From: an uncultured cyanobacterium | Lineage (GTDB): Bacteria; Cyanobacteriota; Cyanobacteriia; Cyanobacteriales; Cyanobacteriaceae | Assembly: GCA_963710605.1 (NCBI GenBank) | Contig: CAVQBA010000001.1 | Coordinates: 64,001 to 128,000, forward strand | DNA length: 64,000 bases | Direction of reading: 5' to 3' | In this document: piece after piece, positions 53,191-62,963 of the stretch | How positions within the stretch are numbered: the first letter of the stretch is position 1 | How the letters are laid out: each line of letters opens with the position of its first letter | The notes under the pieces: generated by a model | Told to the model about the DNA's origin: nothing | The model's database searches: none | The model's input: the letters and a program-made list of their open reading frames with translations, nothing else | Program-made: the position numbers and the translations under genes

Positions 53191-54711
53191 TTAGTAGTAT
53201 CCCTGTGATTGCGAGGAGTATTCCTTCGGTGCAAATGCCAACCATAGAGGAAATTTTAGTAATGATAAACTAACTCGATCGTCATCTAAATCCATTATGA
53301 CAAAAGGTAAATCTCGTTGCTCAACAATTTGATCTCCTTTTTTAGCTAAACCAGAGGGTGTTTCAAATAAAATTACACCACGACTAGGACCAAAATCACT
53401 CCGAGAGATACCTAAACAATCTTGTAAGCCTCGTCGCCATTCGCCTAGCTTTTCGGGGGTATCCGCTAGGATTAAAATACGACTACGATCGCCATAAAGA
53501 TGAGATAAGATCGAAATAATTGCTGAACCTACGAGAATATTTTGTAAACGAGAGTCCATACTTGAAATAGCACCTCTACCACCTTGAGTAAAAAACCAAT
53601 CAGCGACTGTTTTAGCGTGTATCGGTTCAAAAGTACGTCTTAGTTGCCAAGATGGACCATAATAATCAGGGCGTGTACGATATTGATCTAATAAACGACG
53701 AATTTCTTTTTTTTCTTGAGTAAAATTTTTCTCAACAAATTCGGGGGTAGAAGAAGATTCATTTTGAGTAGTAACTGGGGAATTAACTTGATTGTCTGAT
53801 TCATTCCAGTTGTCGTAATCATTATTTGATGAAAGTTCTAATTGCTCAGCGGCGGCGGCTAAATCTTGTAAACTACCGACTAAATAATCTTTGAATCCTT
53901 GAACTCTGATGGCTAAATCTTGAGAAACACCAGCAAAGTTTTTGGTCATTTCTTGTTCTATTTTAGCTTTTCTTTTTTCTAATTTAGCGATCGTATTTTC
54001 TAAATTTTCTCGTTTTTCTTCTAACTCTTTTAAACTATTTTTTACTAATGAATTGAGGTTGTCAGAAACTTCTTTTTCGACTGGGATAAATTCTGGTTGG
54101 GGCTTTTGAGTATTACTAAAATCATCTATTACAGATACAAAATCAGTAGTAGAATCAATCGTTGGTTGGGGTTGGTTATCTAATTTTGATTCAATTTCAT
54201 CTAAACTAGAAATAAGGTCATCTTGATTATCATTAGATTCAATAATCGTTGGTTGTATCTCTTCTTTTTCTGGGGTAGTTGGTGAAACTAAATCTACTTC
54301 TTGGTTGATAATTTCTACGGTTGATTTGTTTTGTTCTTCCACTGTAGTAGTTGTGTTATCTACAACCGAAACTATTTCTTCTTCTACTACATTCTGGTTG
54401 AGGATAGATACAGATGATAGTGGTGGTGGTGGTGGTGAAACCGAATTTGATTCAATCGTTTCAATTGGTTGAGTTGATTGGGGTTGGCTGGGTGTTTCTA
54501 CTGTGATATCATCTTCTTTTACTACTTGGTTAGGTTTTTTAGTTTCTGATACAGGTAATTCAAGCGGTTCAAGATTATCATCATCAAAACCATCTATATC
54601 TATTAATGAGGTATCTTCTTTATCTGATTGTAATGCCCATAAATCATCTTCATCATCAAAACTATTCATATTTGAACTAATGTTTTGATTATCTTTTCTT
54701 ATTTCTGACAT
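53191..54711 (-). CDS. DUF3086 domain protein with long acidic N-terminus
   Basis: FAGVSQDLAIRVQGFKDYLVGSLQDL, PDYYGPSWQLRRTFE; downstream of a DUF3119-like gene. Confidence 0.85.
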   Translation of the reverse strand: MSEIRKDNQNISSNMNSFDDEDDLWALQSDKEDTSLIDIDGFDDDNLEPLELPVSETKKPNQVVKEDDITVETPSQPQSTQPIETIESNSVSPPPPPLSSVSILNQNVVEEEIVSVVDNTTTTVEEQNKSTVEIINQEVDLVSPTTPEKEEIQPTIIESNDNQDDLISSLDEIESKLDNQPQPTIDSTTDFVSVIDDFSNTQKPQPEFIPVEKEVSDNLNSLVKNSLKELEEKRENLENTIAKLEKRKAKIEQEMTKNFAGVSQDLAIRVQGFKDYLVGSLQDLAAAAEQLELSSNNDYDNWNESDNQVNSPVTTQNESSSTPEFVEKNFTQEKKEIRRLLDQYRTRPDYYGPSWQLRRTFEPIHAKTVADWFFTQGGRGAISSMDSRLQNILVGSAIISILSHLYGDRSRILILADTPEKLGEWRRGLQDCLGISRSDFGPSRGVILFETPSGLAKKGDQIVEQRDLPFVIMDLDDDRVSLSLLKFPLWLAFAPKEYSSQSQGYY

Positions 54712-54801
54712 AATAATGGTAAATAATAAACTTATATTAAATAGATATTTTTGGTTTTTTGGTTAACTACAGTAACAAAATAATTGCGTTATTATTATAA
54801 T

Positions 54802-55188
54802 TTATTTTGGGCGAGGACAATATTTTTCTAAACAAGCTTTCAATTGAATCGGATTGAAAATGATCGGTAAAAAATGAATACTTTTTACTTCTTTAAAATA
54901 AAATAAGACAGGTACAGCAGAATAAAAAATTAGCCAATTTTCCCATTCACTATAAGGAAAAGAGCGGATTTTGTTTTGACCACGATATACATCTAAAGCT
55001 GTGGTGCTAAACTTTAATTTAATAATGAACGCTTGTACTAACAAAAATACGCCAAAAACAGCGACAATTAAACCAACGATCGTTTGCCAGACAGTTAAAC
55101 CGATTCCGCCGACAATGATGATAATGGGTAAGTTATAACTCGGTGCTAATTCTATCTCTTCAGTAATTATAGTTTCGTTGTTATTCAT
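54802..55188 (-). CDS. DUF3119 family protein
   Basis: FPYSEWENW...LFYFKEVKSIHFLPIIF. Confidence 0.85.
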   Translation of the reverse strand: MNNNETIITEEIELAPSYNLPIIIIVGGIGLTVWQTIVGLIVAVFGVFLLVQAFIIKLKFSTTALDVYRGQNKIRSFPYSEWENWLIFYSAVPVLFYFKEVKSIHFLPIIFNPIQLKACLEKYCPRPK

Positions 55189-55282
55189 AAAAATATTTCT
55201 CTCATTATTGATAGTGAAAGGTGTACTTAATTATATTTTAACTAAGCACTCGAATAACGATCCAAAATAATTAATGATCAAT

Positions 55283-57263
55283 TTACGTTGTCACTGATGG
55301 TTGCTCAACTAAAGGGATTGTAAAGTGGAATTTACTACCTAAATTTTTACCTTCAGATTCTGCCCAAATGTCTCCACTCCAATTGTGTACCATCTGCCGA
55401 CAAATCGCTAAACCTAGCCCTGTACCGCCAGCAGAACGTCTTAATGCACCTTCTTCTTGATAAAATCGATCGAATACCTTATCAAGTCGTTCGGGTTCGA
55501 TACCTCTACCATTATCAGCAACTGTTATTTGTAAACTATCATCATTACGAAAGCTTGCTTTTAAAGTTATTTTGCCCTCAGCGGGGGTGAATTTACAAGC
55601 ATTGTCAAGTAACTTACTTAAAACTTCGACTAACCATTCTCCATCGGTTTGTACCAGTAAATCAGATGAATTAATTTGATTATCGATCGTACAAAGGTTC
55701 TCTTTATTTTGACGAGAATTAATTTGACAAAGAGATAAATCAACACATTCTTGTAAAGATAAAACTTCAGGATTCCAAGCCACTTTCCCACTTTCTAGTT
55801 GCGAGAGAGTTAAAAAGTCTTGCACTAATTTACGCATTCTCTCAGCATCATGTAACGCTGTACTCAACATTACTTGTTTTAATTCTTCAGACATATCCGG
55901 CTCAGATGCCAAACTTTCTAAACAAACTTGGATGGTAGATAAAGGAGTACGTAACTCATGCCCTGTAATAGCTACTAAATTAGAGCGGGTTTTATCTAAT
56001 GCTTCTAATTGTTCGTTTAAGTCTTCTAAATTTGCGTAAGATTCAGCTTGAATTAAGGCAACACCGACTTGAGTTGCAACTGAATCAACTAAGGTAATAT
56101 CTTCGCTTTTCCAAGTGACGGGGGTAGAATCACAATGATGTAATTCCATCATTCCTAATAATTTACCTTGATAAATAATCGGTACAATTAACCAAGAAAT
56201 AATCGAACAACTATTGATCAAATTACCTAAAGCTTTTTGATTTGCTTGTATTAAAGGATTAAGTTGAACATCATCGATACTAATAGATTCTCTTAGGGTA
56301 AGAACTTCTTGAAAAAGAGGGTTATTTTTTAACGGCCAAACTTGCCCTTTTAATGAACTAATATCTTTATTTAAAAATTCATGTTGAATATCAGCACTAA
56401 GAATCATTTTCTTGACAGCGATAAATCAAACAACGACAAACACCAAATCCTTTACCTAACTTGTCAACCGCTACTTGTAAAATTTCTTCGGAATTTAGTG
56501 AGCGACGAATTGCATTACTAACCGAATTAAGCAAACGCTCTTTTTTCTCTTTCTCCATCAAAAAACGATTTGCTTTCATCAGTTTATATTGCCCTGCTTG
56601 CAAATAAGCAATTAATCTTTGCACAAATGGACCAGTATTTATTTGTAAATTAGGATGAGAAACCTTTTTATTACTTTTAGTTTTCTTGCTTAAAACTGGC
56701 TGACAATATGAATCGATCGCATTAGTGATTTTATCAGTTAATTCAGGACGATATTCTTTAATTCGATTTAATAAAAGTTCGGCGGCTTTTTGGGTGATTA
56801 ATCTTTCACTCGTCCAAATACCTTCAAAACGTCTATTGTTGTCTAATTTTACCATCTCCTCATCTTCTTCTTCACTAGGAGAGAGTATTTTTTCTCGGCA
56901 GATTAAACTGTTAGCATAATCTTGAGTGATAATAATTAAGTGCCACTCTTGTGCTAACGCGTCATCATGATTAAAGGCAACTTTCTCATAAACATCAGAA
57001 TCGTGACGAAACTTTGATTCAGGTACGGCTAAAACATAAACTTGATCAGATAGTTTAGCTATTTTTTCATAACGATGAGCTTCTTGAGCATAAAATTTTT
57101 CTTTTTGAAATGTAGCAATAATTAAAGGCTTTTGTTTATTAGCTAAAACTTGATCTTCCATCGCATGAGAAAGGGCAGTCAGAGATGACTTAAAATACAT
57201 CTGTGGTCGCCAATCAGAGAACGTTTCTAGTATTTCTGTGACGATAGAATGGGTGTTGCTCAT
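55283..57263 (-). pseudogene. DICT-GAF sensor histidine kinase split by a +1 frameshift near 56400
   Basis: YFKSSLTALSHAMED (DICT), GAF split across the two ORFs, HELRTPL, DNACKF, GTGLGL. Confidence 0.85.
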
Positions 57264-57607
57264 CTAATCTGGTTGAGAAAGTTGTTAGCTTTAATAATTA
57301 ATTGTTCAATCTTTAAAATCTGCAAGTTTAAATTTTGAGCAAATTATCATATCATCATCTATCGTACTACTACTTTGCCCTTGCTAGTTATCGCTTTTAC
57401 TTTAATTTTTATTAAGTTTTGTCAAAAAATCTGTTTTTAACCTTACAAAAATTGACAATTGACGATTAAAACTTTTTAGCTAAGCGACTGTTTTTTATCT
57501 CAGATGTGTAAAAAAGACCCACGCTACAAATTCTCTCAAAAACCGAATACATTTTAGCTATTGATGAATTTGCACCAACGAAACAAATCGAACTCAAGTG
57601 CGAGTCC

Positions 57608-58030
57608 TTAATTTGTAGGGCGGTTTTGTTCTTGGACATATTGTTTTAGGGTTTCTATAGTCACACCACCACACGAAGATATATAGTAACTGCCTGACCA
57701 CAAAGCATCTTTCCAATAATATTGTTCAAATCTTTCCTTAAACTCTTTTTTCAGATAGCGGCTTGTCACGGTTTTTAGATTGTTAACCAACTTGCTTAGT
57801 TGTATTTGTGGAGTGTATTGAAACAGTAAATGCACATGATCTTTTTCACCATTAAACTCTAAACATTCACATCCCCATTTTTCTGACAACTCCCTTACTA
57901 TTTGTTCTAATCTAACTAACATTGCTTTGTTGAATAACTTTTTACGATATTTAGGCACTAACACCAAGTGAGCTTTTAAGTCTGATCTACTTCTAGCACT
58001 TGAAATTAAATTACTATTTGGGCTTGACAC
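57608..58030 (-). CDS. tnpA: IS200/IS605 Y1 transposase
   Basis: HLVLVPKYR, DHVH (HUH), LWSGSYY, YVQEQ. Confidence 0.95.
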   Translation of the reverse strand: MSSPNSNLISSARSRSDLKAHLVLVPKYRKKLFNKAMLVRLEQIVRELSEKWGCECLEFNGEKDHVHLLFQYTPQIQLSKLVNNLKTVTSRYLKKEFKERFEQYYWKDALWSGSYYISSCGGVTIETLKQYVQEQNRPTN

Positions 58031-58081
58031 TATTTTAATTAAAATGATACACTAAGCATCATCTTAACTCTAATTAAGTTG

Positions 58082-59323
58082 ATGAGACAAGCCTATCAGT
58101 ACAAACTACTTCCTGACGCTGAACAAAAAAGACAAATTAATAGATGGTTAGATATGCTCAGGCATCAATATAACTATTTATTGGCAGATAGGTTTGCTTG
58201 GTGGCAAGAAAATCGCAATGAGGCGGTATTACCAAGTGGTGATTTTTGTCTCTATGCTTGTACTTTACCCCCCAAGCAGTTAAGAGAGAATCCTAATTAT
58301 CATTCACAAAGTGCTAGTCTTCCTCAATTAAAAAAAGATCGCCCTTGGTATGGTGAAATGTATTCGCAAGTATTGCAAGATGCAGTAAAACGTGTTCAGT
58401 TAGCTTTTGATAGATTCTTAAAAGGTGATTTTAAGGGGAAAAGAAGTGGTAAACCTCGATTTAAGAATCATAATCGCTACCGTACTTTTACTTACCCTCA
58501 AGCAAAGGATAACTGGATTCAAGGGAACAAAATTAAGTTTCCCAAATTAGGACTCATCAAGTTCATTTCTCATCGTTGTTTTAATGATGGTTGCACTGTA
58601 AAGACGGCTTCTATCACTAAGAAAGCTGATGGTTATTACGTCACTTTGATTGTAGAAGATAAGTCAATACTAGACTTTGAGCCTGATATAACACCGACAG
58701 AAAATAACTCTATTGCCATTGATTGTGGTTTGGAGAAACTGTATGTGGATGATGAGGGGAATCAAGTATTACCTCGAAAATTATTTAGAAAAGCAGAGGA
58801 AAAACTAGCTAAATTGCAACGTAAATTAGCAGATGACAAACCGAAGAAGAAGGCTAAAAGACTCATCCGTCAGAAGATTGCTAAGTTACACCAAAAAATA
58901 GCTAGACACAGAAGACAATGGCATTTTGAGGAAGCCAAAAAAATATGTTTCAAAGCTGATGTAATCTTTGTGGAAGACCTACAAATAGCTAATCTCAGAC
59001 GGAAAAATAAACCGAAAAAAGAGGATGGTAAATTTGTGGCGAATGGACAAAGTGCTAAAGCAGGTTTAAACAAGAGTTTTTCTGATTGTGGCATTGCTCA
59101 ATTTTTAGAAATTTTGCAATATCAAGCTAAGAAGCTTGGGAATAAAATAGTTAAAGTCAATCCTTCAAGGACGAGTCAAGTGTGCTATAACTGTTTAAAT
59201 TTAGTACCAAAGAGTCTTTCTGATAGATGGCATAACTGTCCTCATTGCAAAGTTTCGCTAGATAGAGATGAATGTAGTGCAAAATTAATCAAAAAAGTGG
59301 GGTTGGGCATCGCCTCACTATAA
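58082..59323 (+). CDS. tnpB: RNA-guided endonuclease TnpB
   Basis: RuvC IAIDCG / VEDL / DRDE; zinc finger CYNC...CPHC. Confidence 0.95.
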   Translation: MRQAYQYKLLPDAEQKRQINRWLDMLRHQYNYLLADRFAWWQENRNEAVLPSGDFCLYACTLPPKQLRENPNYHSQSASLPQLKKDRPWYGEMYSQVLQDAVKRVQLAFDRFLKGDFKGKRSGKPRFKNHNRYRTFTYPQAKDNWIQGNKIKFPKLGLIKFISHRCFNDGCTVKTASITKKADGYYVTLIVEDKSILDFEPDITPTENNSIAIDCGLEKLYVDDEGNQVLPRKLFRKAEEKLAKLQRKLADDKPKKKAKRLIRQKIAKLHQKIARHRRQWHFEEAKKICFKADVIFVEDLQIANLRRKNKPKKEDGKFVANGQSAKAGLNKSFSDCGIAQFLEILQYQAKKLGNKIVKVNPSRTSQVCYNCLNLVPKSLSDRWHNCPHCKVSLDRDECSAKLIKKVGLGIASL

Positions 59324-59416
59324 AATGCTCGTTGGCTTTTGCCTCCCGTGAAGCCCACACCATAAATCTTCGATTTTGGTGATGGAAGTATGTCACTGTG
59401 AATTACCTAGTAATTC
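59240..59416 (+). ncRNA. Predicted TnpB omegaRNA (scaffold ending at TCAC 59396 plus flanking guide; 5' end uncertain)
   Basis: Position at the tnpB 3' end and right IS end, as established for IS605 elements. Confidence 0.55.
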
Positions 59417-59992
59417 AGGATTATCGAATTTATCTAGACGTTGAGGTGGCCAAAAACGTACATATGCACGTCCGATAATTTTGTCTTCTGGTACAAATCC
59501 CCAATAATGAGAATCATAACTATTATTACGGTTATCTCCTAAAACTAAATATTCTCCTGCGGGTACAGTTACAGGACCATATTCGTATGATGGTGCTTCT
59601 TTGATATATGATTCTTCTAGTATTTCTCCATTTACTATCACTTTTCCACTTCTAACTGCAACGGTGTCTCCTGGTATGCCAATAATTCTTTTGATAAATG
59701 CTTCTGTATAATCTTCAGCTTGTAGTGCTTCTGTGGCGTTAAATACTATCATCTCACCTCTTTCTGGTTCGGTAAAACGATAGCTCATTTTTTCGATAAT
59801 TAATCGATCGTTTATTTGTAAAGTAGGCTCCATCGAAGAAGAAGGAATGTAACGCGCTTCAGCGACAAAAGTACGAATTCCGAATGATAAAACCGCCGCC
59901 ATTGCAATTGTTTTGACGATTTCTACAACTGGGTTTTCTTCTTTTTCTACTAATTCTGATGGCTTCTGGTTATTAGGTAAATCTTGGCTCAT
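59393..59992 (-). CDS. lepB: Signal peptidase I
   Basis: IPSSSMEPTL, FIKRIIG, GDNRNNSYDSH. Confidence 0.95.
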   Translation of the reverse strand: MSQDLPNNQKPSELVEKEENPVVEIVKTIAMAAVLSFGIRTFVAEARYIPSSSMEPTLQINDRLIIEKMSYRFTEPERGEMIVFNATEALQAEDYTEAFIKRIIGIPGDTVAVRSGKVIVNGEILEESYIKEAPSYEYGPVTVPAGEYLVLGDNRNNSYDSHYWGFVPEDKIIGRAYVRFWPPQRLDKFDNPELLGNSQ

Positions 59993-60293
59993 ATACAAAT
60001 AGTGATACTAATAATATTGATCGATCTAATCTAACTATTATAATTAGAGTTTTTCTAAATTGACGATCGAATCTTCAAAAGGAGAAAAAACACGAGCCAA
60101 TCCGTACAAATAAGAGTTAATAGTTAGTAGATGATAAATTACTCTTAATTGTTTCTCATACGCTGACAAATAAAAAGCGACAAATTGTATTTAATTATCT
60201 ATTATCTGTTCACTGTTATCTGTTCACTCTTAGCACTGTTATCAATTGCTATATAATTATTTACTGTACGTCAAGAGCAAACTTGGAGAATAG

Positions 60294-61388
60294 ATGCAAG
60301 ATAAATTAATGTTAATGATACCAGGACCTACACCAGTTCCTGAAAGAGTATTACTCGAAATGGCAAAACACCCGATCGGACATCGTAGCGGTGGTTTTAG
60401 TAAGATTATTGGTGAATTAAACGAGAATCTAAAATGGTTACATCAAACTAGTAATGAAGTTCTTACTCTTTGTGTTTCTGGTACAGGAGCAATGGAAGCA
60501 GGTATAATTAACTTTTTGAGTGCTGGCGATCGAGTTTTAGTCGGTAATAATGGTAAATTTGGCGATCGTTGGGCTAAAATGTGTCGTGCCTTTGGTTTAG
60601 AAGTAGATGAAATAACGGCAGAATGGGGACAACCTTTAAATCCAGATACCTTTAAAGAAAAATTATCAGCCGACACAGACAAACAAATCAAAGCCGTAAT
60701 CATTACCCACTCAGAAACATCCACGGGGGTACTAAACGATTTAGAAACCATCAATAAGCACGTTAAAGCCCACGCAGAAGCTTTAATTATGGTCGATGCT
60801 GTAACTAGTTTGGGTGCGGTTAATGTTCCTACCGATGAATGGGGTTTAGATGTCGTCGCTTCAGGTTCACAAAAAGGATATATGATTCCTCCTGGTTTGG
60901 GTTTTGTGGCAGTGAGTGATAAAGCATGGAAAGCCTACGAAACAGCTACTTTACCTAAGTTTTATTTAGATTTAGCCCCTTACAAAAAAGCAAACGGCAA
61001 AAATAGCTCTCCTTTTACTCCACCAATTAATCTCATGTTTGGTTTAAAAGCCGCTTTAGAAATGATGAAAGATGAAGGTTTAGACAGTATTTTTGCTCGT
61101 CATAAGCATCTAACCCAAGTTACTCGTACAGGTATTAAAGACATGGGTTTACCTTTGTTTGCTGATGATGATTGTGCGGCTTTAGCTGTAACGGCTGTTA
61201 TGCCTGATAAACATGATGCTGAGGCGATTCGATCGACTATGAGCAAAAAATATGATATCGCTTTAGCCGGTGGACAAGATCATCTTAAAGGTAAAATTTT
61301 CCGTATTGGGCATTTAGGGTTTGTTTCTGAGGCTGATATTCTTAAAGGTTTAGCCGCAATTGAAGCTACTTTAAAACAATTAGGTTAG
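60294..61388 (+). CDS. Class V PLP aminotransferase (alanine-glyoxylate/serine-pyruvate type)
   Basis: MIPGPTPV, SETSTG, VDAVTS, SGSQKG, FRIGHLG. Confidence 0.92.
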   Translation: MQDKLMLMIPGPTPVPERVLLEMAKHPIGHRSGGFSKIIGELNENLKWLHQTSNEVLTLCVSGTGAMEAGIINFLSAGDRVLVGNNGKFGDRWAKMCRAFGLEVDEITAEWGQPLNPDTFKEKLSADTDKQIKAVIITHSETSTGVLNDLETINKHVKAHAEALIMVDAVTSLGAVNVPTDEWGLDVVASGSQKGYMIPPGLGFVAVSDKAWKAYETATLPKFYLDLAPYKKANGKNSSPFTPPINLMFGLKAALEMMKDEGLDSIFARHKHLTQVTRTGIKDMGLPLFADDDCAALAVTAVMPDKHDAEAIRSTMSKKYDIALAGGQDHLKGKIFRIGHLGFVSEADILKGLAAIEATLKQLG

Positions 61389-61397
61389 TTTAGTTAA

Positions 61398-61483
61398 CAG
61401 TTAAAAGTTAAGAGTTAAGAGTTACAAGACGTAGCGGTGCGCTACGTCTGTACTTAAAAGTTAAGAGTTAAGAGTTAAGAGTT
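61398..61483. repeat. (AGAGTTA)n STRR interrupted by a REP-like hairpin
   Basis: AGACGTAGCG-GTG-CGCTACGTCT at about 61428-61450 inside the heptamer run. Confidence 0.75.
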
Positions 61484-61535
61484 GGTAATTATTCCTCTTT
61501 TTTTATTTCTACTGATTACTCCCGACTTGGTTAGA

Positions 61536-62690
61536 CTATAAGTTTAATTCAGTCAGGATTTGAAATACTTTACCCATTTCTTTTTTATCTAAATGTTCGG
61601 CAAAACATTTCATCGCCTCTTTTTTATTATTTTTAATATCTAAATTATTATCTTGATAAATTTTTAACACTTGTTCTTTTAAAGCTAGTTTATCTTGAAT
61701 AAATTGGATACAATAATTGATTTGCTCGATCGATTCATTAACAGTATCTTCCTTAAACTCTTCTTTGAGTAAAGAAACAATTACATCCGTACTCACCTCA
61801 TCTTCAGTCTCCATCGCATTCCAAATAGTAGGTACAATCACCGACTGAGGAATAATACCATCATTCAAATTGCGGTTTTCTACTAACTCAGACTTACATT
61901 TAAACATCTGCCATTGAGAATCTGAATCAAGAACATAAAAAATATAACCTTCACTACCAAGAAGATAATCACCATCAACTTTACTTCTTCTTCGAGCCAA
62001 ATAAAGCATTTTTTGATAAAAATTGATTAAATCTTCATCCGCCCCACATTCAGCTACAGGTTGAATATCTTTACCCATACTCCAAAATGATTCGGGAGGA
62101 TAAACTGAGGCATCCTCTTGACTTACAGAAAATAAAGGGTGAGCAGAGAGCTGATTATCGTATTTAATCATATGGAGATTATTTGCTCCATAAAGTTCAT
62201 AACAAAAAGAGCGTTTACCATAAAATTCAGGACTAATATTGTCTATTTCGGGATATTCAACCAACATTTGTCGCCATAAATCTAAGGGTTTCGTTCCTTT
62301 TGTATTAATTATTGCAGGAGTTAGACGAGTTTTGTAACAAGTATAATATTTTCCGTTAGCATCATGATAAAAATACTGACATATATTTGTACCATCTAGT
62401 TTTTCATAAACTTGGACTTTTTTGTGGACGGGAAATTTATATTTTCGAGTCAGGACAAAATTATTACTACAAGCATAGTTTAGTTTAGGAGTACAGTAGA
62501 TAAATTGAAGGGGTACATCTTCTCCATTGACCACAGATAAAGCTAAAGCACCATATGCCGAACCTGATTGCCGACAAATTATTCCTTCTAAAGTATTTCC
62601 TTGATTAAATGGATCTTTTATGCTAAAGCGATCGAGAGTATTTTGTGGTGCGTTAAATTTAGCGGCACATTGAGAAATTAAATCTGACAT
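61536..62690 (-). CDS. RNA ligase-like covalent nucleotidyltransferase
   Basis: YEKLDGTNI (motif I), YELYG (III), EGYIF (IV), FKCK (V). Confidence 0.72.
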   Translation of the reverse strand: MSDLISQCAAKFNAPQNTLDRFSIKDPFNQGNTLEGIICRQSGSAYGALALSVVNGEDVPLQFIYCTPKLNYACSNNFVLTRKYKFPVHKKVQVYEKLDGTNICQYFYHDANGKYYTCYKTRLTPAIINTKGTKPLDLWRQMLVEYPEIDNISPEFYGKRSFCYELYGANNLHMIKYDNQLSAHPLFSVSQEDASVYPPESFWSMGKDIQPVAECGADEDLINFYQKMLYLARRRSKVDGDYLLGSEGYIFYVLDSDSQWQMFKCKSELVENRNLNDGIIPQSVIVPTIWNAMETEDEVSTDVIVSLLKEEFKEDTVNESIEQINYCIQFIQDKLALKEQVLKIYQDNNLDIKNNKKEAMKCFAEHLDKKEMGKVFQILTELNL

Positions 62691-62950
62691 GAGTAATAAG
62701 TAATAAGTAAGGAGTGAAGATTGAGTAATAAGTAATGAGTAAGAAGTAATAAGTAAGGAGTGAAGATTGATAGTTGATAGTTTACGGATATAAAAAGTAT
62801 TAGTTCATTATTTTTCTTTAATCCCTAATCTCTAATCTCTAATCCCTAATCTCCAATCCCTAATCCCTAACCCCTAACCCCTAAAGCCTAATCTCTCATC
62901 TGTTATCAATTATCAATTATCAATTATCAATTATCGATTATCAATTATCA
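62691..62950. repeat. STRR tandem repeats of several types
   Basis: (AGTAATA)n, (TAATCCC/TAATCTC)n, (TTATCAA)n. Confidence 0.85.
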
Positions 62951-62963
62951 AACCTATCAGCTA

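Larger units (their letters stand above)
57499..59396 (+). mobile_element. IS200/IS605 family element with divergent tnpA and tnpB
   Basis: Left end follows TTTAT, right end TCAC; AAGA-CCCAC and GAAG-CCCAC guide motifs near the ends; joining the flanks restores the lepB stop. Confidence 0.88.

Noticed and set aside
58082-59323. TnpB as a Cas12-like effector for the orphan array
   Set aside because: It lies 46 kb away inside a complete IS with tnpA and its own right end; the repeat looks class 1.
62820-62885. Telomere-like CCCTAA runs
   Set aside because: Heptamer STRR variants (CCCTAAT/CCCCTAA) common in cyanobacterial intergenic DNA.
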